The translations under genes and the position numbers were made by a program. Below are positions 19,940 through 30,653 of a stretch of DNA of 64,000 bases, one piece after another. How positions within the stretch are numbered: position 1 is the stretch's first letter; every line of letters starts with the position of its first letter. The notes under the pieces are model-generated. The model saw nothing but the letters and a program-made list of their open reading frames with translations. It made no database searches and had not been told where the DNA came from. Origin of the DNA: an uncultured Bacteroidales bacterium (GTDB taxonomy: Bacteria; Bacteroidota; Bacteroidia; Bacteroidales; UBA932); assembly GCA_945487035.1 (NCBI GenBank), contig CALYTI010000008.1:240-64239 (forward strand). The letters run 5' to 3'.

Positions 19940-21329
19940 TGAGAGTTTTAGATTTTAGAGGGGAGTTGACTCCCAGCTTTTCCCAAGCCCGGTCAACGCC
20001 CGCCTTGAGTTTGTTCCAGTGCCCGCAGGTCGATATGTGCACAAGGTCGAAGACCATACAGCCCGGAGATTTGGTAAGGCACAGATAGGCTGCGGCTTCC
20101 GAATCGAATTCGCGGCTGGCAACCGAGAAGGTGCCCCAGTAGTTGCAATCTCCCATAAGCATATTGTTGCACTTGTACAGGGCATATTCTATGGTCTCCG
20201 GGTCCATTCCGTTGACCTTGTTGAGGTAGGCTCCGAGCTGGAAGGTGTCCAGAAGGTCGGCATATCCTGTCTTGTAATAGTTTTCGGTAGCCCACCAGTT
20301 GAGATTCACTGCCTTGTATTTCGGGCTGGCCCAGTTCTGGCCGGTGGCAGGCAGAGGTCCCCAGGAGGCGGCCCATACTTCCAGGTCCACATCAGGACGG
20401 ATCTCTTTGAGGGTGGTGCGGATTTCTGCTATCACATCGTGAATCACCTGAGCCCTCCATTCAATCCAGAGGTTGTAATACTTGCCCGGAGTGAAGTCAT
20501 CCCAGTACGAACTGAAGGAATCCGAATTGAAGGTGTAGATGTCCTCAGGCCAGTTCGGCACGCTTTCGCCTATATACTCCTCGAACTTTTCGCGCGAGTA
20601 GTCGGAAAAGTCGCTGTTGAAGTTCATATAGCGGCAGTAGTCCAGCACATAAGCATCCACACACTCGTATTTCGGGTTGGTGAAGATTTCCTTTATCATC
20701 TTCTTGATGTATTTCATCGTATTGGGATGGCAAGGGTTCACCGCACCGAAGGCGTTGGGGTTCTCGCTGATTTTGTGCAGTCCGGTAGGGGTGTATTCTA
20801 TGCACTCCGCCTCGGCAATCTCAGGGTCGGTGAAAAGAGGGCCCTTGCGGCTGACCACATTGCCCATAGTCATAATGGTAGTGGAAATCTCCACTCTGAG
20901 ATTGCGCTGCTTGGCAGCCTGAATCATATATTCCAGATAGTCGAAGCCCCTTTCCTCAATCGAGAGCTTGTAAGGGTCGAGGAACTCGCTGTCGTAGAGC
21001 ACCGTACCCTCGCAAGGCTTCACATCAATCACAATGCCGTTGAAACCGTACTTCACTGCTTTGTCCAGAGTGGCATTGATGCTCTTCTTGTCCTTCATCC
21101 TGTCGAAGTTCGCGGAAGCATCAATCCACATCACCATAGGCTTCTGCCTTACGGTGTCTCCCGGGGCAATGTAGTTGCTGTCAACGGGGTCCTTGATTTC
21201 AGAGGTATCCCTTTCGGTGGTGTCCTGCTGGTCACCGCCCGGCTTTACCTCCTGTTTGGTGCAGGAAGGCATAAAGGCGGAGGCCAGAGCTGCCGCGAGC
21301 AGCAGTGCAAATATGCTTTTTTTCATCAT
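19929..21329 (-). CDS. GHL10-like (TIM-barrel) putative glycoside hydrolase lipoprotein
   Basis: Lipobox MPSC; WIDASANF, GFNGIVIDVKP, NPCHP, VLDYCRY, WIEWRA. Confidence 0.75.
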   Translation of the reverse strand: MMKKSIFALLLAAALASAFMPSCTKQEVKPGGDQQDTTERDTSEIKDPVDSNYIAPGDTVRQKPMVMWIDASANFDRMKDKKSINATLDKAVKYGFNGIVIDVKPCEGTVLYDSEFLDPYKLSIEERGFDYLEYMIQAAKQRNLRVEISTTIMTMGNVVSRKGPLFTDPEIAEAECIEYTPTGLHKISENPNAFGAVNPCHPNTMKYIKKMIKEIFTNPKYECVDAYVLDYCRYMNFNSDFSDYSREKFEEYIGESVPNWPEDIYTFNSDSFSSYWDDFTPGKYYNLWIEWRAQVIHDVIAEIRTTLKEIRPDVDLEVWAASWGPLPATGQNWASPKYKAVNLNWWATENYYKTGYADLLDTFQLGAYLNKVNGMDPETIEYALYKCNNMLMGDCNYWGTFSVASREFDSEAAAYLCLTKSPGCMVFDLVHISTCGHWNKLKAGVDRAWEKLGVNSPLKSKTLNEE

Positions 21330-22591
21330 TTTCTGATTCTGAGCTCCTTCTCGGCCCTGTCTATACCTCTCTTGATGTCATCCCAGAGATAAGGGTGAGT
21401 CGGGAAGTAGCATATGTCGAAAGCCATCACTCCGTCCGATTCCATCATGCAGACATAGGTGGCATCTTCGTAGTCCAAACCATTGTAAACGGCATACGAG
21501 CCGACCATCTTGCACTTGCCTTCCACATCCCTGCGGGAACGCGCAAGGCCGTATTCGATGGACTCGTTGTCATCCAGACCGCGCACCCTTTCGAGATAGG
21601 TGCCGCTGATGAACACATCAAGCTGGTCGGCAAAGCCAGTCTGTCCGTAATCTTCGGAAGCCCAGCTGTCGCAGTACTCCCTGTAGTAAGGAGCGCCCGG
21701 AGCTGCCCAGTTCTGACCCTGCCTGTAAAGGCCGTGGAGCCAGGATGCTGCCCAGTATTCCAGTGATACTTCCGGCTTTACGGAATCCTTGTATTCTTTT
21801 ACCTTGGCGATGAAATCCCTGATAATCTGACTGCGGAACTTCCACCACTGCTTGTAGTAAGGCCCCGGGACAATTTCCCCATCCTCTGACCAGGTGAAGA
21901 TATCTTCAGGCCAGTGCTCGACTTTCTGCCCCAATTCAATTTCGAAAGCTTCCCGACTGGCATCCGAAAAATCTGCCTGCGGTCCCGGGAAACGGCAGTA
22001 GTCCAGACAGAAGCCGTCGAAATCGTAATTCTCGAAGAGTTCCCTGATGCAGGACATAGCCAATTCCTGAGCCTCGGGAAGCAGAGGGTTCATAAAGGCT
22101 GCTACCTGACTGGGGTCGTCTTCAATCTTCGAGAGTCCCTGCGGGCCATATTGCACGCAGGTAAGTTTCTTGAGCTCAGGGTTGCGGTAAACCGGTCCTT
22201 CCCTCCGGCAAGGTGAGCCGAGAGGGAAGACGGTTGCCGAAACGGTTACCTTCATCCCGCGTTTGTGGATTTCGTCTATCATATACTGCAGATAGTCCCA
22301 ATCGCCTTCGAAGGTGTAACCTTCCCAAGTTTTCATTTCATCGAAGATGGCGCTCTTGTAGCGGACGTCGCCTTCGACTCCTCTGACATCCACCACCACA
22401 TTGTTGAAACCGGTGTCCTTAACCTTGTCCAGATACCACGCAATGGAGTCCTTGTCCGAGAATCTCTCGAAATTGGCATCCACTGCCACCCAGATGTACT
22501 TTTCTTTTTCTCCGGCCTTCTGCTGTGAGCAGGAGGCCAGAGAGAGAATTGCGGCAAGTATGGTTGCCACTCGGGTTGCGAATGTCTTCAT
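21326..22591 (-). CDS. GHL10-like putative glycoside hydrolase lipoprotein (paralog of adjacent gene)
   Basis: Lipobox LASC; GFNNVVVDVRG, MNPLLPE, DGFCLDYCRF, WAASW..GQNWA shared with the neighbour. Confidence 0.75.
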   Translation of the reverse strand: MKTFATRVATILAAILSLASCSQQKAGEKEKYIWVAVDANFERFSDKDSIAWYLDKVKDTGFNNVVVDVRGVEGDVRYKSAIFDEMKTWEGYTFEGDWDYLQYMIDEIHKRGMKVTVSATVFPLGSPCRREGPVYRNPELKKLTCVQYGPQGLSKIEDDPSQVAAFMNPLLPEAQELAMSCIRELFENYDFDGFCLDYCRFPGPQADFSDASREAFEIELGQKVEHWPEDIFTWSEDGEIVPGPYYKQWWKFRSQIIRDFIAKVKEYKDSVKPEVSLEYWAASWLHGLYRQGQNWAAPGAPYYREYCDSWASEDYGQTGFADQLDVFISGTYLERVRGLDDNESIEYGLARSRRDVEGKCKMVGSYAVYNGLDYEDATYVCMMESDGVMAFDICYFPTHPYLWDDIKRGIDRAEKELRIRK

Positions 22592-22596
22592 CTTGC

Positions 22597-24084
22597 TTAG
22601 ATACGGTCAGTAATCATATCGTAAGACACAACGCAGCTTGCCTGTGAGGCAACGAGCACGTGTCCGGTACCGGTAGCAGGGTCGAACACATAAGCTCCGC
22701 TAGGATAGCAGGATGCAGCCTGCTCGATAATCTGGGTAGGGAGGAAGTAGTTTGCATCAGACTCATCCACATCGTCGGTGGTGTCGTCATCCTCGACCAG
22801 ATTGTCAGCCTTCTGGATAGTAATCCAGTTGCAAGGCCAGGATGAGCTGCAGGCCAGTACATATTTCTGTCCGTTGTAAACAAATGCCTTTACGTGTCCG
22901 GTAGAGAAGTTTCCGTAGCCGAAGAAGCGTCCGTCTGCATCCCAGTCAACCCAGTTGACTCCGCCCTTGAGCGGGGTCTCGTGTATATCTCCGCTGTTGA
23001 ACTGCTCGATGTATGCGCTGAGTCCGTCGTAAACATAGAAGGCGCTGGATGAGTTGCCGGTCTCTCCGAATTCTGCAGCACCTGCTGAATCCCAGCATAC
23101 GAAGCCGTCCTCAGGATTTGCGGTGAAGAAGGAGAGCTGCTGGCCCCAGCATCCGTCGTTGGAAGGGTGATTGATGAACGGACCGTACCAGGTGATGTTC
23201 TCACCGGCAACATAGCCGTTTCCGTCATACACAAGCACGTGATGCATCTGTGGAGGAGCGGAAACTCCTGTACGGAGGTTGACGATGAACTTGCCGGTAA
23301 CATCTCCTGCTACGGACATAAAGTAGCACTGGTATTCGGTAGGACCGTAGATAAGGGTAGGAGCCTTGTCCCAACCGTCAATCCAGGCGTAGATTGAAGT
23401 ATGGACAGTAGCAGCATCGTTAGCTCCACCGTAGCAGCAGCAGGCAACGAGCACACCGTTCTCGTCATTGGACATTGAGCCGAGCTGTCCATTGTAGGTG
23501 TCCAGACCCGGGATACCGTCGGTATTCAGGACTCCGAGCTTGTTGCCTTCGAGGTCGAACACATCGAGGCTGTTGTAGGCAAACTTGTCAACGTCGCAGA
23601 ATGCGATGGCGCACTGCCCTGTGTTCGGAGCATTGAGCCCGAGCTCGCCGTAGGTCTTGTACCATTTGAATTCAGCCTTCTCCGTGAACTCTGCCTCAGC
23701 GAGGTTTACGGTGTAAACTGCTTTGTATTCAGGGTCTTCTGCAGTCACTGTGAACTGTACGGGACCTGCAGTGTAGTCTGTAGGCTGTGCAGGGTCCGGT
23801 GAGATAGTAGCCTTGTCGGAAATGGTCACCACAGCGGTAGCTGAGGCGAGAGCCTCGTACTCAGCCGGCATATAGGTGATTTCGACAGTTTTCTCGGCCT
23901 GGTCGATGAAAGCCTCGATGGTGCTTTCTCCTACATTCACGGTGAAGGATGAGAGCTTGCAGGCTGTGCTCTTAGGCTCTTCCTGCTTTCCGTCATCCTG
24001 GTTCGGACCTTCGTTCATTTGAGGGGTGCAGGCTGCAAGACTCAATGCTGCAAGCGCTGCCAGATACCAATAATTCCTTTTCAT
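22597..24084 (-). CDS. Surface lipoprotein, putative glycan-binding (DUF5018-like Ig domain + beta-rich domain)
   Basis: Lipobox LAAC; ATISPDP...PVQFTVTAED...YTV; position downstream of susD. Confidence 0.6.
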   Translation of the reverse strand: MKRNYWYLAALAALSLAACTPQMNEGPNQDDGKQEEPKSTACKLSSFTVNVGESTIEAFIDQAEKTVEITYMPAEYEALASATAVVTISDKATISPDPAQPTDYTAGPVQFTVTAEDPEYKAVYTVNLAEAEFTEKAEFKWYKTYGELGLNAPNTGQCAIAFCDVDKFAYNSLDVFDLEGNKLGVLNTDGIPGLDTYNGQLGSMSNDENGVLVACCCYGGANDAATVHTSIYAWIDGWDKAPTLIYGPTEYQCYFMSVAGDVTGKFIVNLRTGVSAPPQMHHVLVYDGNGYVAGENITWYGPFINHPSNDGCWGQQLSFFTANPEDGFVCWDSAGAAEFGETGNSSSAFYVYDGLSAYIEQFNSGDIHETPLKGGVNWVDWDADGRFFGYGNFSTGHVKAFVYNGQKYVLACSSSWPCNWITIQKADNLVEDDDTTDDVDESDANYFLPTQIIEQAASCYPSGAYVFDPATGTGHVLVASQASCVVSYDMITDRI

Positions 24085-24111
24085 TGCTATAATTGATTAA
24101 AAAGTTGTGTG

Positions 24112-24510
24112 TCATTTTTCGTAAGATGCGCTGAGAGTGTAGCTTTTATGCTCTCCGGTCATCTTTTGGGTTACAGTAATATCGAAAGGCTCCGAAAGGT
24201 CGTGGATGCCTGTGAGCACAGGGGTGACGTAGGCATCGAAGCCTACTGTAGCCCTGAGCTTGACTTCAGAGATGTCGATGTCCTTTCTCTTCGCCTTAGG
24301 AACGGTGAATTTGATTGTGCCGGCCTCATTGTCTATCACTCCGGCAACGCTCACGGAAGAGGTTCCGGTGGCAGGTGACATATAGATGGCGCTGATGGTG
24401 GTGTCGGTGTGGAGAAAATCCCCTTTCATCGGGTCCGTGCATCCCGTAAGGCCAAGGGCCAGCAGGGCTGCTGAAACAAGTGCAAGTATCTTTTTCATAA
24501 TAGCTTCCAT
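24112..24510 (-). CDS. Small DUF5018-like lipoprotein
   Basis: Lipobox LTGC; PVLTGIHDLSEPFDITVT...YTL. Confidence 0.6.
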   Translation of the reverse strand: MEAIMKKILALVSAALLALGLTGCTDPMKGDFLHTDTTISAIYMSPATGTSSVSVAGVIDNEAGTIKFTVPKAKRKDIDISEVKLRATVGFDAYVTPVLTGIHDLSEPFDITVTQKMTGEHKSYTLSASYEK

Positions 24511-24516
24511 ATTATA

Positions 24517-26193
24517 TTACCAACCTGGGTTGTTGTCAGTAAGGGCGTCGATTGCCCCATTGTTGGAGAACTCGGTGATTGGAATGGCGAAAGCGTAATA
24601 TCTCTCAGGGAAGAAGTGAACCATATTGGCTCCGTCCACCACAACCTGCTTGTAGTCATAGCTTCCGTCTTCCTTTTTGGTAATCCAGCAGCCGTGATAG
24701 TTCTTGCCGTCGATTACGCTGTCCTCGGACTTTTCGCATACCGCAATCTTCCAGCGCCTGAGGTCCCAGAAGCGGAGTCCCTCGCCTCCGAGTTCCACAA
24801 CTCTTTCGTGGCGCAGGTCCTTCATAAAGGTCTCAAGGTCAGAACCGCTCTTGCCCGGAAGTCCCACGCGGGTGCGCACCTGATTGAGACGCTCGTATGC
24901 GGTGTCGAAGTCGCCCTTCATCGCATAAGCCTCAGCCTCGTTGAGCAGCACTTCTGCGTAGCGGATAAGGATGGCGAAATGGTCGCTGCCGTATTTCTCC
25001 CAACCGTCCTGGCCTTCGGTAATGAATTTGCGAAGATAGTAGCCCGTGATGGTGGAGCCGGCTGCACCTGTGGTGGTGAATTCCACGATTTTGTCCTTTC
25101 CGGTGTCGTGGGTCTCGATAGTGCGCCCTTCCCACTTTGCTCCATTGTAAAGTATTGAAGCATAGAATCTTGGCTCGCGTCCGGTATAAGGGTCATCGCC
25201 GTGCACCGCCCAATCGAACGGGGTGCCGTCAGCCATTTCGAAACTGTCCACATATTCGGAAGTAGGGTTGAATACGGCATAGATGTTTGCACCTGCATGT
25301 TGAGAACCTTCGGCAGCATCTCCAGGAGGACGGAAGAATACATCTGCCCTGTGGGTAAGCTTGTTCTGCATAAATTCAATGGTGAAGAGATTTTCCACGC
25401 TGGTGCGGTTCTCGAATACATCCGCATAAACAGGGTCGAGAGCGGCTCCGTAGCGGCGGGCAGAGTCTGCGGCCTCGGTCACCACATCCCAATCCTCGGC
25501 GTAGAGAGCCACGCGGCTCAGATATGCCCAGGCGGCGGCGCGGGTAAGCCTTCCGGAAGGAAGATCGGTGGCGATGTTGTTGCCGGCTTCCCTGAGGTCC
25601 GCTTCGATGAAATCCCAGGTTTCCCTTGCGCTGGCAAAGCCCTTGTCATTCTCTGCCGGTCCGTCAACCTTGTCGCGTATGATGCATTTGCCGTAAACCT
25701 GCATAAGGCGGAAGTAGGCCATTGCGCGGATGAACTTCATCTCGGCGCTGCGTGTCTTCGCGTAGTCAGCACCTAGCTTCGGTCCGTAAACCGGAGCGTC
25801 ACGCAGGAACTCGTTGCATCTGCGTATTCTCTCGTAATTGCTGCTCCAGCACTCGAAGCATCCTGCACTCTGTCCGTCAAAGGATGAAGCCTGGAGGAAG
25901 GCTCTGTTGAAAGGATGGTTGTACTCGGCCCAGGAGTTGGATTTCACCAGGTCAGAATAGGCATCCCAGAAGCCTACCATATTGCCGTCGCTGCCGACAT
26001 TGCCGGTATTTTCCTTAATCAGGTTGTAAAGTCCCAGCAGGTACTGGTCGGCAGATGATGCGGAAGACCAGACGGCCTCAGCCGAATAGCGGTCGGAAGG
26101 GTCTATGTCGAGGGCATCGGAAATAAAACCTTCGCAGGAGCAGAGCAAGGCTCCGGCTGCGAGTATCGAAAGTATGTTCAATATCTTTTTCAT
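24517..26193 (-). CDS. susD: SusD/RagB nutrient-binding lipoprotein
   Basis: Lipobox LCSC; EMKFIRAMAYFRL, IRYAEVLLNEAEA, ERVVELGGEGLRFWDLRRW, NPGW. Confidence 0.95.
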   Translation of the reverse strand: MKKILNILSILAAGALLCSCEGFISDALDIDPSDRYSAEAVWSSASSADQYLLGLYNLIKENTGNVGSDGNMVGFWDAYSDLVKSNSWAEYNHPFNRAFLQASSFDGQSAGCFECWSSNYERIRRCNEFLRDAPVYGPKLGADYAKTRSAEMKFIRAMAYFRLMQVYGKCIIRDKVDGPAENDKGFASARETWDFIEADLREAGNNIATDLPSGRLTRAAAWAYLSRVALYAEDWDVVTEAADSARRYGAALDPVYADVFENRTSVENLFTIEFMQNKLTHRADVFFRPPGDAAEGSQHAGANIYAVFNPTSEYVDSFEMADGTPFDWAVHGDDPYTGREPRFYASILYNGAKWEGRTIETHDTGKDKIVEFTTTGAAGSTITGYYLRKFITEGQDGWEKYGSDHFAILIRYAEVLLNEAEAYAMKGDFDTAYERLNQVRTRVGLPGKSGSDLETFMKDLRHERVVELGGEGLRFWDLRRWKIAVCEKSEDSVIDGKNYHGCWITKKEDGSYDYKQVVVDGANMVHFFPERYYAFAIPITEFSNNGAIDALTDNNPGW

Positions 26194-26207
26194 AATCCTT
26201 CAGTCCG

Positions 26208-29200
26208 TTAGAATGTTGCTTTGACTCCGAGGCTGACCGTACGCTGCTGCGGATAGTAGCCGTTATTGATTCCCGGGTTCTCAGGGTCAATGTACTTGAA
26301 AGCCGAAATGGTAAAGAGGTTGGTTCCTGCAAGGAAGAGCCTGAGTCCGCTCAGCGGTGTGGCGTTCAGGACTTTCTTCGGAAGCTCGTAGGCGAACTGC
26401 ATATTCTTCAGACGCACATAGCTTCCGTCGCGAACCCACCAGGAGGAGGTCCAGGCATCGTTGGCATTGTAGCTTGCGGTAAGGCGCGGATACTTGGCAT
26501 CGGTGTTTTCGTCAGTCCAGGCACCCTCCACAAGGTAGCGCATAGTGTTGCCTCCGCCGTAGAAGGTGCGGGTGTACATGGTGGAGTCCATATTGCCGTT
26601 GTTCCAGGTACCGTTGAGGCAGTAGTTGCACAGGGTGGCTCCCTGAAACAGCGCGCTGAGTGAGAAATTCTTCCAGGAAAGGTCGAAATTCAGGGAGAAA
26701 GTCATCTCAGGAGTGCTGCTGCGGCCGATTTTCACGAAGTCCTCGGTACTGCTGATTTTGCCGTCTCCGTTGACATCCTCGTACATAATGGCTCCGAGTA
26801 TTGCGGAACCGGAAGGAGCTGTAGGGTAGGCGTCGACCTGCTCCTGGCTCTGGAAGAGGCCCGTGGCGTGGAAGCCGTAAATCGATCCCATAGGCTGGCC
26901 GATGACCGAGCGGTAGGACGGGTGGTCGTCGGTAATCTCTGCGGAGAGTACCCTGTTGTGGGCATAGCTGACGATGCCGGTAATGGTGTAAGCCCAATCT
27001 CCGGCCACATCACCCCAGCTCAGGGTCATATCGAAGCCCCTGTTGTCCACGATACCGGAATTCTTCCAGGACGGGTTGTTTCCTCCCAGGGATGGAGAAT
27101 ATGTGCCGGTAGGGGCGTATTCCAGAATGTTGGTGGTGTATTTGTAGAAGAGGTCAAAGTCAATGGATAGACGGTTCCTGAACAGCTTGGACTCTATACC
27201 CAAGTTGGCGGACTTGGTCTTTGACCAGGTCAGGCCGTCCATCACATAGCCGGAAGTGTAGAAAGTATAGTTCGGAGTGCCGTCGATGATGTAAGTGTAG
27301 GTCGGCGCAGTGGACTTGTAGCTCTGCATAAAGAGATACGGAGTCACATCGTCCGAACCGAGCACACCGGCTGAAGTGCGCAGCTTGAGGTGGTCCAGCC
27401 AATAGATGTCCTGCATCCAGTCTTCATTGGAGATTACCCATCCCAAAGCAACGGAAGGGAAGAAGCCCCACCTGTTCTCAGGAGAGAATTTGTAGGATGC
27501 GTCCTCGCGGAAGGTGAATTCAGCGAGATATTTCTTGTCATAGGCATAGCCGAGGCGGCCCGCTATGGAGAAACTTCCCGCATTGCTGTAGCTTCCCGAA
27601 ACCGGAGAGGAGGAGTCCTTCATACCCATAGAGATGTCGATAGGGGAACCGTCGGTGTAGCCGGACTTGAGTCCTGTCATAGTGTCTCCGTGGTAGGTGT
27701 AGCGCTCGGCAAGCAGGATTCCGCTCACGTGGCTCTTGCCGAAATCCCTGTCGTAGGTAAGCTGCGGACGAATTGTGGCGTTGTAGCCTACGGAGTGCGA
27801 CTTGTTGAAGTTGTTCTCGGCTATTCCCAGGGATACCTTCTTGGTGACAAGGTCGGTGTTGGCATCGTAGCTGTACAGCTCGAAACTCTCCAGATAGTTG
27901 CGGTTGAGGGTGTAATCCAGATTGTAGGCGAAGTTGATGCCTGCCTTGAGACCCTTGAGGAAGCCCAAGCCGCTTTCGCTGAAGTCATACTCGAGAGTTG
28001 AGCGGATTTCTGCCATCCACTGGTCCGTCTGCTGGAAACCGGTGTTGTTGGCAGCTTCAGGAGTGTAGGTGTAGGTGCCGTTGGTGAAACCCAGAGGCAG
28101 ACCCTCGTAGGTGCTCTTCAGGATTGGAATCGCGTAGCAGGCCTGACGCAGAGGAGAGAACTCTCCCTGCCAGCCGCTTCTGGAGTCGCGCATCGAAAGT
28201 CCCGGCCAATTTCTGTTTGCATTGGCTGCAGACATATTGATATTGTATTTCAGTCCCTTGGCCAGGTTGGCGGTGATGTTTGCACGCACATTGAAACGCT
28301 CGTAGGAGGTATTGCGCATAATACCTTCCTGTCCGAGATAACCTATGGAGGTGTAGTAATGCATCTTGTCGGTTCCTCCCGTTGCGGTGACGGTGTGCTG
28401 CTGTGTGAGACCGAAATCCTTGTAGAGCAGGTGCCAGTTGTCGGTTTCTCCATAGAGGCCGCGCTCCTTCAGGGATGCGATTCTTTCCTCAGTCCAATAT
28501 GGCGCCTGTCCGTCCATCTCGCGTGCCTTGTTGTGCCAGTAGATGTATTCTTCGGCATTGAGAAGGTCCGGAGTGACGGTGTTGGTGTCGAAAGAAACCG
28601 AACCGTCGTAAATGATGTTGATGGATCCTTCGGTACCGGTCTTGGTGGTTACGAGAATCACACCGTTTGCCGCCTTGACTCCGTAGATGGCAGCTGTCGC
28701 AGCATCTTTGAGCACGGTGACAGAAGCGATATCGTTAGGGTTGAGGGAGTTCATACTGCGCTCCACTCCGTCCACAATCACCAGAGGGGAAGCATTGTTG
28801 AAGGTTGAAAGTCCGCGAACCAGGATGTTGGCCTGGTCTCCTCCCGGGATACCTGTGGTCTGAACGGAAGTTACACCTGCAAGCCTTCCGGCAAGCATAG
28901 TGGAAACATTGGTGTTCGGTGCCTTGAGCAGGTCCTTGCTGCTGACCTGAGAGACTGAACCCACCATAAACTCCTTCTTCTGGGTGCCGTAGCCGACTAC
29001 GAGCACTTCGGAAAGCAGGGTAGTGTCGTCTTCGAGAGTGACATTGATTACTGACCTTCCGTCCACTCTGACTTCGGTATCCTTGTAGCCGAGAAGGCTG
29101 TAAACGAGAATGGTTTTGCCTTCAGGCACCATAATGGTATATGCACCGTCGGCGTCAGTCATCGTGCCGTTGGTCATATCATTCTTCTGATAGACAACCG

Positions 29201-29585
29201 TACCCGGTTGAGGCAGTCCGGTAGCATCGGTTACCTTTCCGCTGACACGAATCTTCTTTGCTGATTTGGATTGAACCTTTTCAAAGTCGGTATCCTTGCT
29301 CAGGGCTATTCTTTCGGAAGTGATTTCCTTCCATTTGACGCCCGTCCCGGAAAGTACCCAGTCCAGGACTGAACTCAGGGAGCCGCTTTTCTTTCCGCTG
29401 ACCGTGATTTTGACATCGCTCAGCTTCAGTTCATATGAAAAGACTACTCCGCTCTGCTCGCTGATTTCGTTGAGTACAGTTTCGAGTTTCTTTCCCGTGA
29501 CATCCACATTGACGCTCTTCGGCTGTGCTGCCGCACCCCAGGCAAGAGTCATCAGGCTAAGGATTAAAAGAAAAAACTTTTTCAT
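26208..29585 (-). CDS. susC: SusC/RagA TonB-dependent transporter with N-terminal STN signalling domain
   Basis: STN-like N-terminus, VVGYGTQKK, LKDAATAAIYGVKAANGVILVTTK, YPQQRTVSLGVKATF. Confidence 0.96.
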   Translation of the reverse strand: MKKFFLLILSLMTLAWGAAAQPKSVNVDVTGKKLETVLNEISEQSGVVFSYELKLSDVKITVSGKKSGSLSSVLDWVLSGTGVKWKEITSERIALSKDTDFEKVQSKSAKKIRVSGKVTDATGLPQPGTVVYQKNDMTNGTMTDADGAYTIMVPEGKTILVYSLLGYKDTEVRVDGRSVINVTLEDDTTLLSEVLVVGYGTQKKEFMVGSVSQVSSKDLLKAPNTNVSTMLAGRLAGVTSVQTTGIPGGDQANILVRGLSTFNNASPLVIVDGVERSMNSLNPNDIASVTVLKDAATAAIYGVKAANGVILVTTKTGTEGSINIIYDGSVSFDTNTVTPDLLNAEEYIYWHNKAREMDGQAPYWTEERIASLKERGLYGETDNWHLLYKDFGLTQQHTVTATGGTDKMHYYTSIGYLGQEGIMRNTSYERFNVRANITANLAKGLKYNINMSAANANRNWPGLSMRDSRSGWQGEFSPLRQACYAIPILKSTYEGLPLGFTNGTYTYTPEAANNTGFQQTDQWMAEIRSTLEYDFSESGLGFLKGLKAGINFAYNLDYTLNRNYLESFELYSYDANTDLVTKKVSLGIAENNFNKSHSVGYNATIRPQLTYDRDFGKSHVSGILLAERYTYHGDTMTGLKSGYTDGSPIDISMGMKDSSSPVSGSYSNAGSFSIAGRLGYAYDKKYLAEFTFREDASYKFSPENRWGFFPSVALGWVISNEDWMQDIYWLDHLKLRTSAGVLGSDDVTPYLFMQSYKSTAPTYTYIIDGTPNYTFYTSGYVMDGLTWSKTKSANLGIESKLFRNRLSIDFDLFYKYTTNILEYAPTGTYSPSLGGNNPSWKNSGIVDNRGFDMTLSWGDVAGDWAYTITGIVSYAHNRVLSAEITDDHPSYRSVIGQPMGSIYGFHATGLFQSQEQVDAYPTAPSGSAILGAIMYEDVNGDGKISSTEDFVKIGRSSTPEMTFSLNFDLSWKNFSLSALFQGATLCNYCLNGTWNNGNMDSTMYTRTFYGGGNTMRYLVEGAWTDENTDAKYPRLTASYNANDAWTSSWWVRDGSYVRLKNMQFAYELPKKVLNATPLSGLRLFLAGTNLFTISAFKYIDPENPGINNGYYPQQRTVSLGVKATF

Positions 29586-29607
29586 CTGAAATTAGCAGGG
29601 TTATTAA

Positions 29608-30561
29608 TTATTGTAAATTGATGTAAATGTTTCTTCCGCGCTTCTCGTATTTGAGATTGGCGATGTATTCCATCATCGAGAGTATGTCGTCCAGAGTATC
29701 GCTGTCCGAGATTGCCAGACGGAAATAGGTGTCCTGGAACTTGGAAGGGTCATAGATGAAGCGTACATCGAACCTCTCTTCCGCCAAAGCGACAAAATCG
29801 TCGAAAGAGCAGCTGTCAAATACTCTGTAGTTGTATCTCCACTTGGTGTAGTCCGAAGGCTCTACCGCACTCAGGCTGATGCTTCCGTCCCCCGCCACAA
29901 CTGCCATATTGCCCGGCAGCAGCTCTGCGATATTCCTGTCCCTGTCATCGCACAGGGCAACTTTTCCCTTTTCCAGTACCACTTCCGTACTCTCTGCGCT
30001 CTTGACATTGAAGGATGTTCCAAGCACTTTGACCCTGGTCCGGGGAGTAGATACCACGAAAGGCAGCTGCTCATCCCGTTTGACTTCGAAATATGCCTCT
30101 CCGCTAAGGCTCACACACCTGTCTTCAGTGTTGAAACTGTTGCTGTAGGAAAGGCTGGCACCCCTTTTCAGGAAGGCACGGCTTCCGTCAGGAAGCGAAT
30201 ACAGCGACACAGCCTCGCTGTTGTTGGCAAGCGTGATGTCCGGAGTGCTTTTCCAGTTGGTTACGACAGTGCCTGCCACGAGAATCAGCATCAGGCAGGC
30301 CGCAAAGCTCCAGGCAAAGGCTGTTGACCTTCTGTAGCGCTTCCTGCTGCCATCAAGGCGAATCCTGGAGCGGATTCCGGATACTGCCTTCTCCAGGACT
30401 GCCGGAGACGACAACTCTTCTGCTGTTTTCTGGGCCCACAATTCTTTCAAACGGAAATACTGCTCCCGGTTTTCGGAACTCTCCCTCAGCCAGGACTCAA
30501 TCTCCTTTTCCCTGGAGTTGTCCCGGCCGCTGATGTAATCAAGCAAATCGGATATATTCAT
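29608..30561 (-). CDS. FecR-family anti-sigma factor
   Basis: WLRES.ENR, TM segment, LPDGS, LSGEAYFEV, VKVLGTSFNV. Alternative start at 30603. Confidence 0.92.
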   Translation of the reverse strand: MNISDLLDYISGRDNSREKEIESWLRESSENREQYFRLKELWAQKTAEELSSPAVLEKAVSGIRSRIRLDGSRKRYRRSTAFAWSFAACLMLILVAGTVVTNWKSTPDITLANNSEAVSLYSLPDGSRAFLKRGASLSYSNSFNTEDRCVSLSGEAYFEVKRDEQLPFVVSTPRTRVKVLGTSFNVKSAESTEVVLEKGKVALCDDRDRNIAELLPGNMAVVAGDGSISLSAVEPSDYTKWRYNYRVFDSCSFDDFVALAEERFDVRFIYDPSKFQDTYFRLAISDSDTLDDILSMMEYIANLKYEKRGRNIYINLQ

Positions 30562-30653
30562 TGTTATCAGTTTTATAATATGCACTGGGTCCGGTGCATT
30601 CATATATATAAACGCATCGGAAGGAAAAAATACTTTGAACTTGGGCTGTTTTT

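Noticed and set aside
30604-30653. Invertible or ECF-dependent promoter for the SusC/D locus
   Set aside because: No flanking inverted repeats or invertase; a GTA...GCGT pattern on the minus strand is too weak to call.
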